Part shown: piece after piece, positions 53,279 to 64,000 of the stretch | Position numbering within the stretch: the first letter of the stretch is position 1 | How the letters are laid out: each line of letters opens with the position of its first letter | Assembly (NCBI GenBank): GCA_038087875.1 | Contig: JAXLNO010000467.1 | Coordinates: 1 to 64,000 of the forward strand | Source of the DNA: Malacoraja senta | Taxonomy: Eukaryota | Direction of reading: 5' to 3' | Length of the DNA: 64,000 nt | The notes under the pieces: generated by a model | Told to the model about the DNA's origin: nothing | Seen by the model: only the letters and a program-made list of their open reading frames with translations | Databases searched by the model: none | Made by a program: the position numbers and the translations under genes

Positions 53279-56200
53279 TTCTGGCGACCTTGCCGGAAAT
53301 ACGGCGATCTTGCCGGAACTATGGCGACCTTGCCGGATTTGTGGCAATCTTGCCGGAAATACGGCGAACTTGCCGGAAATATGGCGAAATCGCCGGAGTT
53401 ATGCGGACCTTGCCGGATTTATGGCGAACTTGCCGGAAATATGGCGACCTTGCCGGATTTATGGCGGCCTTGCCGGGAATATGGCGACCTCGCCGGGAAT
53501 ATGGCGATCTCGCCGGACTTATGGCGACTTTGCCGGATTTATGGCGACTAGCCGGAGATATGGCGACCTCGCCGGAATTATGGCAACCTTGCCGGAAATA
53601 TGGCGTCCTCGCCGGATTTATGGCGATCTTGCCGGATTTATGGCGACCTTGGCGGGAATATGGCGACCTCACCGGATTTATGGCGATCTTGCCGGATTTA
53701 TGGCGACCTTGCCGGAAATATAGAGACCTCGGCGGATTTATCGCGACATTGCCGGATTTATGGCGACCTTGCTGGAAATATAGCGAGCTCGCCGGATTTA
53801 TGGCGACCTTGCCGGATTTATGGCGACATTGCTGGAAATATGGCGACCTCGCCCGGATTTATCGGGACTTTGCCGGATTTGTGGCGAACTTGCCTGAAAT
53901 ATGGTAAGGTCGCCGGATTTGTTGCGACCTTGCCGGACTGATGGCGACCTTGCCGGAAAAATGGCGACCTCGCCGGATTTGTGGCGACCTTGCCGTATTT
54001 ATGGCGACCTTGCCTTGAAAAATGGCGTCCTCGCCGAATTTGTGGCGACGTTGCCGGATTTATGGCGACTTTGCCGGAAATATGGCGACCTTGCCGGATT
54101 AGTGGCGACCTTGCCGTAAATATGGCGACCTTCCCGGAAATATGGCGACCTTGCCGGATTTGTGGCGACCTTGCATGAAATATGGCGATCTTGCCGGATT
54201 TATGGCGCTTGCCTGAAATATGGCGAATTTACCGGATTGGTGCCGACCTTGCCGGATTTTTGGCGACCTTGCCAGAAATATGGCGACGTCGCTGGATTTA
54301 TGGCGACTTTGCCGGAAATATGGCGACCTCTTCGGATTTATGGCGGACTTGCCGGATTTATAGCGACCTTGCCGGATTTGTGGCGACCTTGCCAGAAATA
54401 TGGCGACGTCGCAGGCTTTATGGCGACCTTGCCGGAAATATGGCGACCTCTTCGGATTTATGGCGACCTTGCCGGATTTATAGCGACCTTGCCGGATTTG
54501 TTGCGACCTTGCCGGAAATACGGCGACCTCGCCGGAGCTATGACGACCTTGCCGGATTTCTGGCGCCCTTGCCGGAAATACGGCGACCTCGCCGGATTTA
54601 TGGCGACCTTGCCGGATTTATGGCGACCTTGCCGGGAATATGGCGACCTCGACGGGAATATGGCGACCTCGCCGGACTTATGGCGACCTTGCCGGATTTA
54701 TGGCGACTAGCCGGAGATATGGCGACCTCGCCGGAATTATTGCAACCTTGCCGGAAATATGGCGTCCACGCCGGATTTATGGCGATCTTGCCGGATTTAT
54801 GGCGACCTTGGCGGAAATATGGCGACCTCGCCGGATTTATGGCGACCTTGCCAGATTTATGGCGACCTTTGCGGAAATATGGCCGCCTCGCCGGATTTAT
54901 GGCGACCTTGCCTGAAATATGGCGTCCACGCCGGATTTATGGCGATCTTGCCGGATTTATGGCGACCTTGGCGGAAATATGGCGACCTCGCCGGATTTAT
55001 GTCAACCTTGCCGGATTTATGACGACCTTGGCGGAAATATGGCGACCTCGCCGGATTTATGGCGACCTTGCCAGATTTATGGCGACCTTGCCGGAAATAT
55101 GGCGACCTCGCCGGATTTATGGCGACCTTGCCGGATTTATGGCGACATTGCCGGAAATATGGCGACCTCGCTGGATTTATCGGGACTTTGCCGGATTTAT
55201 GGCGAACTTGCCTGAAATATGGTAAGCTCGCCGGACTTGTTGCGATCTTGCCGGACTTATGGCGACCTTGCCGGAAAAATGGCGACCTCGCCGGATTTGT
55301 GGCGACCTTGCCGTATTAAGGCGACATTGCCGTGAAAATTGGAGGCCTCGCCGAATTTGTGGCGACCTTGCCGGATTTATGGCGACCTTGCCGGATATAT
55401 GGCGACCTTGCCGGATTAGTTGCGACCTTCCCGTAAATATGGCGACCTTCCCGGAAATATGGCGATCTTGCCGGATTTATGGCGCTTGCCTGAAATATGG
55501 CGAACTTACCGGATTGGTGCCGACCTTGCCAGATTTATGGCGACCTTGCCAGAAATATGGCGATGTCGCTGGATTTATGGCGACCTTGCCGGAAATATGG
55601 CGTCCACGCCGGATTTATGGCGATCTTGCCGGATTTATGGCGACCTTGGCGGAAATATGGCGACCTCGCCGGATTTATGTCAACCTTGCCGGATTTATGA
55701 CGACCTTGGCGGAAATATGGCGACCTCGCCGGATTTATGGCGACCTTGCCGGATTTATGGCGACATTGCCGGAAATATGGCGACCTTGCCTGATTTGAGG
55801 CGACCTTGCCGGATTTATGGCGACCGTGTCAGATTTGTGCGACCTTGCCGGAAATATGGCGACCTCGTCGGATTTGTGGCGACCTAGCTGGATTTGTGGC
55901 GACCTTGTCGGATTTATGGCGACCTTGCCGGAAATATGGCGACCTTGCCGGATTTGTGGCGACCTTGCCGGATATATGGCTACCTTGCCGGAAAAATGGC
56001 GACCTCGCAGGATTTGTGGCGACCTTGCCGGATTTATGGCGACGTTGCCGGAAATATGGCGACCTTGCCTGATTTGAGGCGACCTTGCCGGATTTATGGC
56101 GAACGTGTCAGATTTGTGCGACCTTGCCGGAAATATGGCGACCTCGTCGGATTTGTGGCGACCTAGCTGGATTTGTGGCGACCTTGTCGGATTTATGGCG

Positions 56201-58062
56201 ACCTTGCCGGAAATATGGCGACCTTGCCGGATTTGTGGCGACCTTACCGTAAATATGTCGACCATGCCGGAAATATGGCGACCTTGCCGGATTTGTGGCG
56301 ACCTTGCCGGAAATATGGCGAACTTGCCGGATTTATGGCGACCTTGCCGGATTTATGGCAACCTTGCCGGAAATATGGCGAGCTCGCCAGATTTATGGCG
56401 ACCTTGCCTGATTTATGGCGACCTTGCCGGAAATATGGCGACCTCGCCGGATTTATGGCGAACTTGCCGGATTTATGGCGATCTTGCCGTAAATATGGCG
56501 AACTTGCCGGAAATATGGCGACCTTGCCGGATTTGTGGCGAACTTGCCGGATTCATGGCGGCCTTGCCGGAAATATGGCGACCTCACCGGATTTGTGCCG
56601 ACCTTGCCGGATTTATGGCGACCTTGCCGGATTTTATGGCGACCTTGCCGGAAATATGGCGACCTCGCCGGATTTATGGCGACCTTGCCGGATTTATGGC
56701 GACCTTGCCTGAAATATGGCGAACTTACCGGATTGGTGCCGTACTTGCCGGATTTATGGCGACCTTGCCAGAAGTATGGCGACGTCGCTGGATTTATGGC
56801 GACCTTGCCGGAAATATGGCGACCTCTTCAGATTTATGGCGACCTTGCCAGATTTATAGCGACCTTGCCGGAAATACGGCGACAAAGCCGGAACCATGTC
56901 GACCTTGCCGGATTTCTGGCGACCTTGCCGGAAATACGGTGACCTTGCCGGATTTATGGCGACTAGCTGGAGATATGGCGACCTCGCCGGAATTATGGCA
57001 ACCTTGCCGGAAATATGGCGTCCTCGCCGGATTTATGGCGATCATGCCGGATTTATGGCGACCTTGGCGGAAATATGGCGACCTCGCCGGATTTATGTCA
57101 ACCTTGCCGGATTTATGACGACCTTGGCAGAAATATGGCGACCTCGCCGGATTTATGTCAACCTTGCCGGATTTATGACGACCTTGGCAGAAATATGGCG
57201 ACCTCGCCGGATTTATCGCGACATTGCCGGATTCATGGCGGCCTTGCTGGAAATATAGCGAGCTCGCCGGATTTATGGCGACCTTGCCGGATTTGTGGCG
57301 ACCTTGTCGGATTTATGGCGACCTTGCCGGAAATATGGCGAGCTCGCCGGATTTATGGTAACCTTGCCGGATTTATGGCGACTTTGCCGGAAATATGGCG
57401 AGATCGCCAGATTTATGGCGACCTTGCCGAATTTATGGCGAACTTGCCGGAAATATGGCGAGCTCGCCGGATTTATGGCGACCTTGCAGGATTTATGGCG
57501 ACCTTGCCGGAAGTGTGGCGACCTCGCCGGATTTATGGCGACCTTGCCGGATTTGTGGCGAACTTGCCGTATTTATGGCGTCCTTGCCGGATATATGGCG
57601 ACCTCGCCGAATTTGTGGCGACCTTGCCGGATTTATGGCGACCTTGCCGGAAATATGGCGATCTTGCCGGATTTGTGGCGACCTTGCCGGATTTATGGCG
57701 ACCTTGCCGGATTTGTGCGACCTTGCCGGAAATATGGCGACCTCGTCGGATTTGTGGCGACCTAGCCGGATTTGAGGCGACCTTGTCGGATTTATGGCGA
57801 CCTTGCCGGTAATATGGCGACCTTGCCGGATTTGTGGCGACCTTGCCGTAAATATGGCGACCATGCCGGAAATATGGCGACCTCGCCGGATTTATGGCGA
57901 CGTTGACGGATTTATGGCGACCTTGCCGGTAATATGGCGACCTCGCCGGATTGATGGCGACGTTGCCGGATTTATGGCGAACTTGCCGGAAATATGGCGA
58001 CCTCGACGGATTTATGGCGACCTTGCCGGATAGATGGCGATCTTGCCGGAAATATGGCGAAC

Positions 58063-60254
58063 TCGCCGGATTGATGGCGACCTTACCGGATTTATGCCGA
58101 CCTTGCCGGGAATATGGCGAGCTCGCCGGATTTATGGCGACCTTGCCGGATGTATGGCTACCTTGCCGGAAAAATGGCGACCTAGCCGGATTTGTGGCGA
58201 CCTTGCCGTATTTATGGCGACCTTGCCGTAAATAAGGCGACCTCGCCGAATTTGTGGCGACCTTGCCGGATTTATGGCGACCTTGCCGGAAATATGGCGA
58301 CCTTGCCGGATTTGAGGCGACCTTGCCGGATTTATGGCGACCTTGTCGGATTTGTGCGACCTTGCCGGAAATATGGCGACCTCGTCGGATTTGTGGCGAC
58401 CTTGGCGGAAATATGGCGTCCTCGCCGGATTTATGGCGACCTGGCCGGATTTATGGCGACCTTGCCGGAAATATAGCGACCTCGCCGGATTTATCGAGAC
58501 ATTGCCGGATTTATGGCGACCTTGCTGGAAATATAGCGAGCTCGCCGGATTTATGACGACCTTGCCGGATTTATGGCGACTTCGCCGGAAATATGGGGAG
58601 CTCGCCAGATTTATGGCGACCTTGCCGGATTTATGGCGACTAGCCGGAAATATGGCGACATCGCCGGAATTATGGCAACCTTGCCGGGTTTATGGCGACT
58701 TTGCCGGTAATATGGCGACATCGCCGGGTTTATTGCGACCTTGCCGGATTTATGGCGACCTTGCCGGAAATATGGCGACCTCGCCAGATTTATCGCGACA
58801 TTGCCGGATTTATGGCGACCCTGCCGGATTTCTGCGACCTTGCCGGAAATATGGCGACATCGTCGGATTTGTGGCGACCTAGCCGGATTTGTGGCGACCT
58901 TGTCGGATTTATGGCGACGTTGCCGGATATATGGCGACCTTGCCGGATTTATGGCGGCCTTGCCGGAAATATAGCGACCTCGCCAGATTTATCGCGACAT
59001 TGCCGGATTTATGGCGACCTTGCCGGAAATATGGCGAGCTCGCCGGATTTATGGTAACATTGCCGGATTTATGGCGACCTTGCCGGAAATATGGCGAGCT
59101 CGCCAGATTTATGGCGACCTTGCCGAATTTATGGCGAACTTGCCGGAAATATGGCGACCTCGCCGGATTGATGGCGACCTTACCGGATTTATGCCGACCT
59201 TGCCGGGAATATGGCGAGCTCGCCGGATTTATGGCGACCTTGCCGGATGTATGGCTACCTTGCCGGAAAAATGGCGACCTAGCCGGATTTGTGGCGACCT
59301 TGCCGTATTTATGGCGACCTTGCCGTAAATAAGGCGACCTCGCCGAATTTGTGGCGACCTTGCCGCAATTATGGCGACCTTGCCGGAAATATGACGACCT
59401 TGCCGGATTTGAGGCGACCTTGCCGGATTTATGGCGACCTTGTCGGATTTGTGCGACCTTGCCGGAAATATGGCGACCTCGTCGGATTTGTGGCGACCTT
59501 GGCGGAAATATGGCGTCCTCGCCGGATTTATGGCGACCTGGCCGGATTTATGGCGACCTTGCCGGAAATATAGCGACCTCGCCGGATTTATCGAGACATT
59601 GCCGGATTTATGGCGACCTTGCTGGAAATATAGCGAGCTCGCCGGATTTATGACGACCTTGCCGGATTTATGGCGACTTCGCCGGAAATATGGGGAGCTC
59701 GCCAGATTTATGGCGACCTTGCCGGATTTATGGCGACTAGCCGGAAATATGGCGACATCGCCGGAATTATGCCAACCTTGCCGGGTTTATGGCGACTTTG
59801 CCGGTAATATGGCGACATCGCCGGGTTTATTGCGACCTTGCCGGATTTATGGCGACCTTGCCGGAAATATGGCGACCTCGCCAGATTTATCGCGACATTG
59901 CCGGATTTATGGGGACCCTGCCGGATTTCTGGGACCTTGCCGGAAATATGGCGACATCGTCGGATTTGTGGCGACCTACCCGGATTTGTGGCGACCTTGT
60001 CGGATTTATGGCGACGTTGCCGGAAATATGGCGACCTTGCCGGATTTATGGCGGCCTTGCCGGAAATATAGCGACCTCGCCAGATTTATCGCGACATTGC
60101 CGGATTTATGGCGACCTTGCCGGAAATATGGCGAGCTCGCCGGATTTATGGTAACATTGCCGGATTTATGGGGACCTTGCCGGAAATATGGCGAGCTCGC
60201 CAGATTTATGGCGACCTTGCCGAATTTATGGCGAACTTGCCGGAAATATGGCGA
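58063..60254 (-). repeat. Tandem duplication, unit 1097 bp, in the inverted array
   Basis: ORFs 58192/59289, 58334/59431 and 58692/59789; ccttaccggatttatgccga at 58081 and 59178. Confidence 0.9.
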
Positions 60255-61647
60255 GCTCGCCGGATTTATGGCGACCTTGCCGGATTTATGGCGACCTTGC
60301 CGGAAGTATGGCGACCTCGCCGGATTTATGGCGACCTTGCCGGATTTGTGGCGAACTTGCCGTATTTATGGCGTCCTTGCCGGATATATGGCGACCTCGC
60401 CGAATTTGTGGCGACCTTGACGGAAATATGGCGACATCGTCGGATTTGTGGCGACCTAGCCGGATTTGTGGCGACCTTGTCGGATTTATGGCGACGTTGC
60501 CGGAAATATGGCGACCTTGCCGGATTTATGGCGGCCTTGCCGGAAATATAGCGACCTCGCCAGATTTATCGCGACATTGCCGGATTTATGGCGACCTTGC
60601 CGGAAATATGGCGAGCTCGCCGGATTTATGGTAACATTGCCGGATTTATGGCGACCTTGCCGAAATATGGCGAGCTCGCCAGATTTATGGCGACCTTGCC
60701 GAATTTATGGCGAACTTGCCGGAAATATGGCGAGCTCGCCGGATTTATGGCGACCTTGCCGGATTTATGGCGACCTTGCCGGAAGTAAGGCGACCTCGCC
60801 GGATTTATGGCGACCTTGCCGGATTTGTGGCGAACTTGCCGTATTTATGGCGTCCTTGCCGGATATATGGTGACCTCGCCGAATTTGTGGCGACCTTGCC
60901 GGATTTATGGCGACCTTGCCGGAAATATGGTCATCTTGCCGGATTTGTGGCGACCTTGCCGGATTTATGGCGACCTTGCCGGATTTGTGCGACCTTGCCG
61001 GAAATATGGCGACCTCGTCGGATTTGTGGCGACCTAGCCGGATTTGTGGCGACCTTGTCGGATTTATGGCGACCTTGCCGGTAATATGGCGACCATGCCG
61101 GAAATATGGCGACCTCGCCGGATTTATGGCGACGTTGACGGATTTATGGCGACCTTGCCGGAAATATGGCGACCTCGCCGGATTTATGGCGACGTTGCCG
61201 GATTTATGGCGGACTTGCCGGAAATATGGCGACCTCGACGGATTTATGGCGACCTTGCCGGATTGATGGCGACCTTGCCGGAAATATGGCGACCTCGCCG
61301 GATTGATGGCGACCTTACCGGATTTATGCCGACCTTGCCGGGAATATGGCGAGCTCGCCGGATTTATGGCGACCTTGCCGGATTTATGGCGCCTTGCCTG
61401 AAATATGGCAACCTCGCCGGATTTGTGGTGACCTTGCCGGATGTATGGCTACCTTGCCGGAAAAATGGCGACCTCGCCGGATTTGTGGCGACCTTGCCGT
61501 ATTTATAGCGACCTTGCCGGAAATAAGGCGACCTCGCCGAATTTTTGGCGACCTTGCCGGATTTATGGCGACCTTGCCGGAAATATGGCGACCTTGCCGG
61601 ATTTGAGGCGACCTTGCCGGATTTATGGCGACCTTGTCGGATTTGTG

Positions 61648-63775
61648 CGACCTTGCCGGAAATATGGCGACCTCGTCGGATTTGTGGCGACCTAGCTGGA
61701 TTTGTGGCGACCTTGTCGGATTTATGGCGACCTTGCCGGAAATATGGCGACTTTGCCGGATTTGTGGCGACCTTGCCGTAAATATGTCGACCATGCCGGA
61801 AATATGGCGACCTTGCCGGATTTGTGGCGACCTTGCCGGAAATATGGCGAACGCCGGATTTATGGCGACCTTGCCGGATTTATGGCAACCTTGCCGGAAA
61901 TATGGCGAGCTCGCCAGATTTATGGCGACCTTGCCAGATGTATGGCGACCTTGCGGGAAATATGGCGACCTCGCCGGATTTATGGCGAACTTGCCGGATT
62001 TATGGCGACCTTGCCGTAAATATGGCGAACTTGCCGGAAATATGGCGACCTTGCCGGATATGTGGCGAACTTGCCGGATCTATGGCGGCCTTGCCGGAAA
62101 TATGGCGACGTCACCGGATTTGTGCAGATCTTGCCGGATTTATGGCGACCTTGCCGGATTTATGGCGACCTTGCCGGAAATATGGCGACCTCGTCGGATT
62201 TATGGCGACCTTGCCGGATTTATGGCGACCTTGCCTGAAATATGGCGAACTTACCGGATTGGTGCCGACCTTGCCGGATTTATGGCGACCTTGCCAGAAG
62301 TATGGCGACGTCGCTGGATTTATGGCGACCTTGCCGGAAATACGGCGACCTCTTCAGATTTATGGCGACCTTGCCAGATTTATAGCGACCTTGCCGGATT
62401 TGTGGCAATCTTGCCGGAAATACGGCGACCAAGCCGGAACCATGTCGACCTTGCCGGATTTCTGGCGACCTTGCCGGAAATACGGCGACCTTGCCGGATT
62501 TATGGCGACTAGCTGGAGATATGGCGACCTCGCCGGAATTATGGCAACCTTGCCGGAAATATGGCGTCCTCGCCGGATTTATGGCGATCTTGCCGGATTT
62601 ATGGCGACCTTGGCGGAAATATGGCGACCTCGCCGGATTTATGGCGACCTTGCCGGATTTATGGCGACCTTGCCAGAAATATAGCGACCTCGCCGGATTT
62701 ATCGCGACATTGCCGGATTCATGGCGGCCTTGCTGGAAATATAGCGAGCTCGCCGGATTTATGGCGACCTTGCCGGATTTATGGCGACCTTGCCGGAAAT
62801 ATGGCGACCTCATCGGATTTGTGGCGACCTAGCTGGATTTGTGGCGACCTTGTCGGATTTATGGCGACCTTGCCGGAAATATGGCGACTTTGCCGGATTT
62901 GTGGCGACCTTGCCGTAAATATGTCGACCATGCCGGAAATATGGCGACCTTGCCGGATTTGTGGCGACCTTGCCGGAAATATGGCGAACGCCGGATTTAT
63001 GGCGACCATGCCGGATTTATGGCAACCTTGCCGGAAATATGGCGAGCTCGCCAGATTTATGGCGACCTTGCCAGATGTATGGCGACCTTGCGGGAAATAT
63101 GGCGACCTCGCCGGATTTATGGCGAACTTGCCGGATTTATGGCGACCTTGCCGTAAATATGGCGAACTTGCCGGAAATATGGCGACCTTGCCGGATATGT
63201 GGCGAACTTGCCGGATCTATGGCGGCCTTGCCGGAAATATGGCGACGTCACCGGATTTGTGCCGATCTTGCCGGATTTATGGCGACCTTGCCGGATTTAT
63301 GGCGACCTTGCCGGAAATATGGCGACCTCGTCGGATTTATGGCGACCTTGCCGGATTTATGGCGACCTTGCCTGAAATATGGCGAACTTACCGGATTGGT
63401 GCCGACCTTGCCGGATTTATGGCGACCTTGCCAGAAGTATGGCGACGTCGCTGGATTTATGGCGACCTTGCCGGAAATACGGCGACCTCTTCAGATTTAT
63501 GGCGACCTTGCCAGATTTATAGCGACCTTGCCGGATTTGTGGCAATCTTGCCGGAAATACGGCGACCAAGCCGGAACCATGTCGACCTTGCCGGATTTCT
63601 GGCGACCTTGCCGGAAATACGGCGACCTTGCCGGATTTATGGCGACTAGCTGGAGATATGGCGACCTCGCCGGAATGGCAACCTTGCCGGAAATATGGCG
63701 TCCTCGCCGGATTTATGGCGATCTTGCCGGATTTATGGCGACCTTGGCGGAAATATGGCGACCTCGCCGGATTTA
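61648..63775 (-). repeat. Tandem duplication, unit 1137 bp, in the inverted array
   Basis: ORFs 61702/62839 and 62491/63628; ggcgactagctggagatatgg at 62504 and 63641. Confidence 0.9.
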
Positions 63776-64000
63776 TGTCAACCTTGCCGCATTTTATGAC
63801 GACCTTGGCAGAAATATGGCGACCTCGCCGGATTTATGGCGACCTTGCCGGATTTATGGCGACCTTGCCAGAAATATAGCGACCTCGCCGGATTTATCGC
63901 GACATTGCCGGATTCATGGCGGCCTTGCTGGAAATATAGCGAGCTCGCCGGATTTATGGCGACCTTGCCGGATTTATGGCGACCTTGCCGGAAATATGGC

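Larger units (their letters stand above)
53279..64000 (-). repeat. Same 20-bp satellite in reverse-complement orientation (about 540 monomers); continues past the right window edge
   Basis: The + strand reads (ATTTA/AAATA/ATTTG)TGGCGACCTTGCCGG, the reverse complement of the left-array monomer. The ORF-track peptides (MATLPDLWRPCRIYGDLAGF) switch from the - to the + strand after the gap. Confidence 0.99.

Noticed and set aside
52971..53723. ORFs 52971..53723, 53024..53551 and 53063..53347 with apparently unique ends
   Set aside because: They are open only because they read through the 200-N gap; the flanks are low-complexity repeat.
79..63879. Hundreds of overlapping ORFs (up to 505 aa) as protein-coding genes
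   Set aside because: All are translations of the 20-bp repeat. The same peptide appears in all three frames, ORFs overlap everywhere, indels shift frame freely, and there is no unique domain or gene structure.
1..64000. Assigning the satellite to a named family, species or functional centromere
   Set aside because: I do not reliably recognise the monomer. This needs a database search and CENP-A/CENH3 data.

Overview
This window is almost entirely one tandem satellite DNA family, most likely eukaryotic. The monomer is 20 bp, consensus CCGGCAAGGTCGCCA(C/T)A(A/T)(A/T)T: a nearly fixed 15-bp core plus a linker that is mostly CAAAT, TAAAT, TATTT or CATTT. A forward array runs from 1 to about 52504 and is built from local higher-order duplications of about 80 bp to 2.2 kb, plus one 1.75-kb block repeated 5380 bp away. 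It ends abruptly at a ~530-bp degenerate 10-bp G/T-rich repeat (AGGGGTTTAS) that contains a canonical G-quadruplex motif. Next come a ~45-bp sequence resembling the 3' tail of an L2-type LINE/SINE on the minus strand and a 200-N scaffold gap (53079-53278). After the gap the same satellite resumes in the opposite orientation to the end of the window. Monomer variants change along the array, and palindrome-completing variants are enriched on both sides of the junction. I see no credible protein-coding gene, RNA gene or CRISPR array; every ORF in the track is a translation of the repeat. I cannot identify the organism or name the satellite family from the sequence alone.
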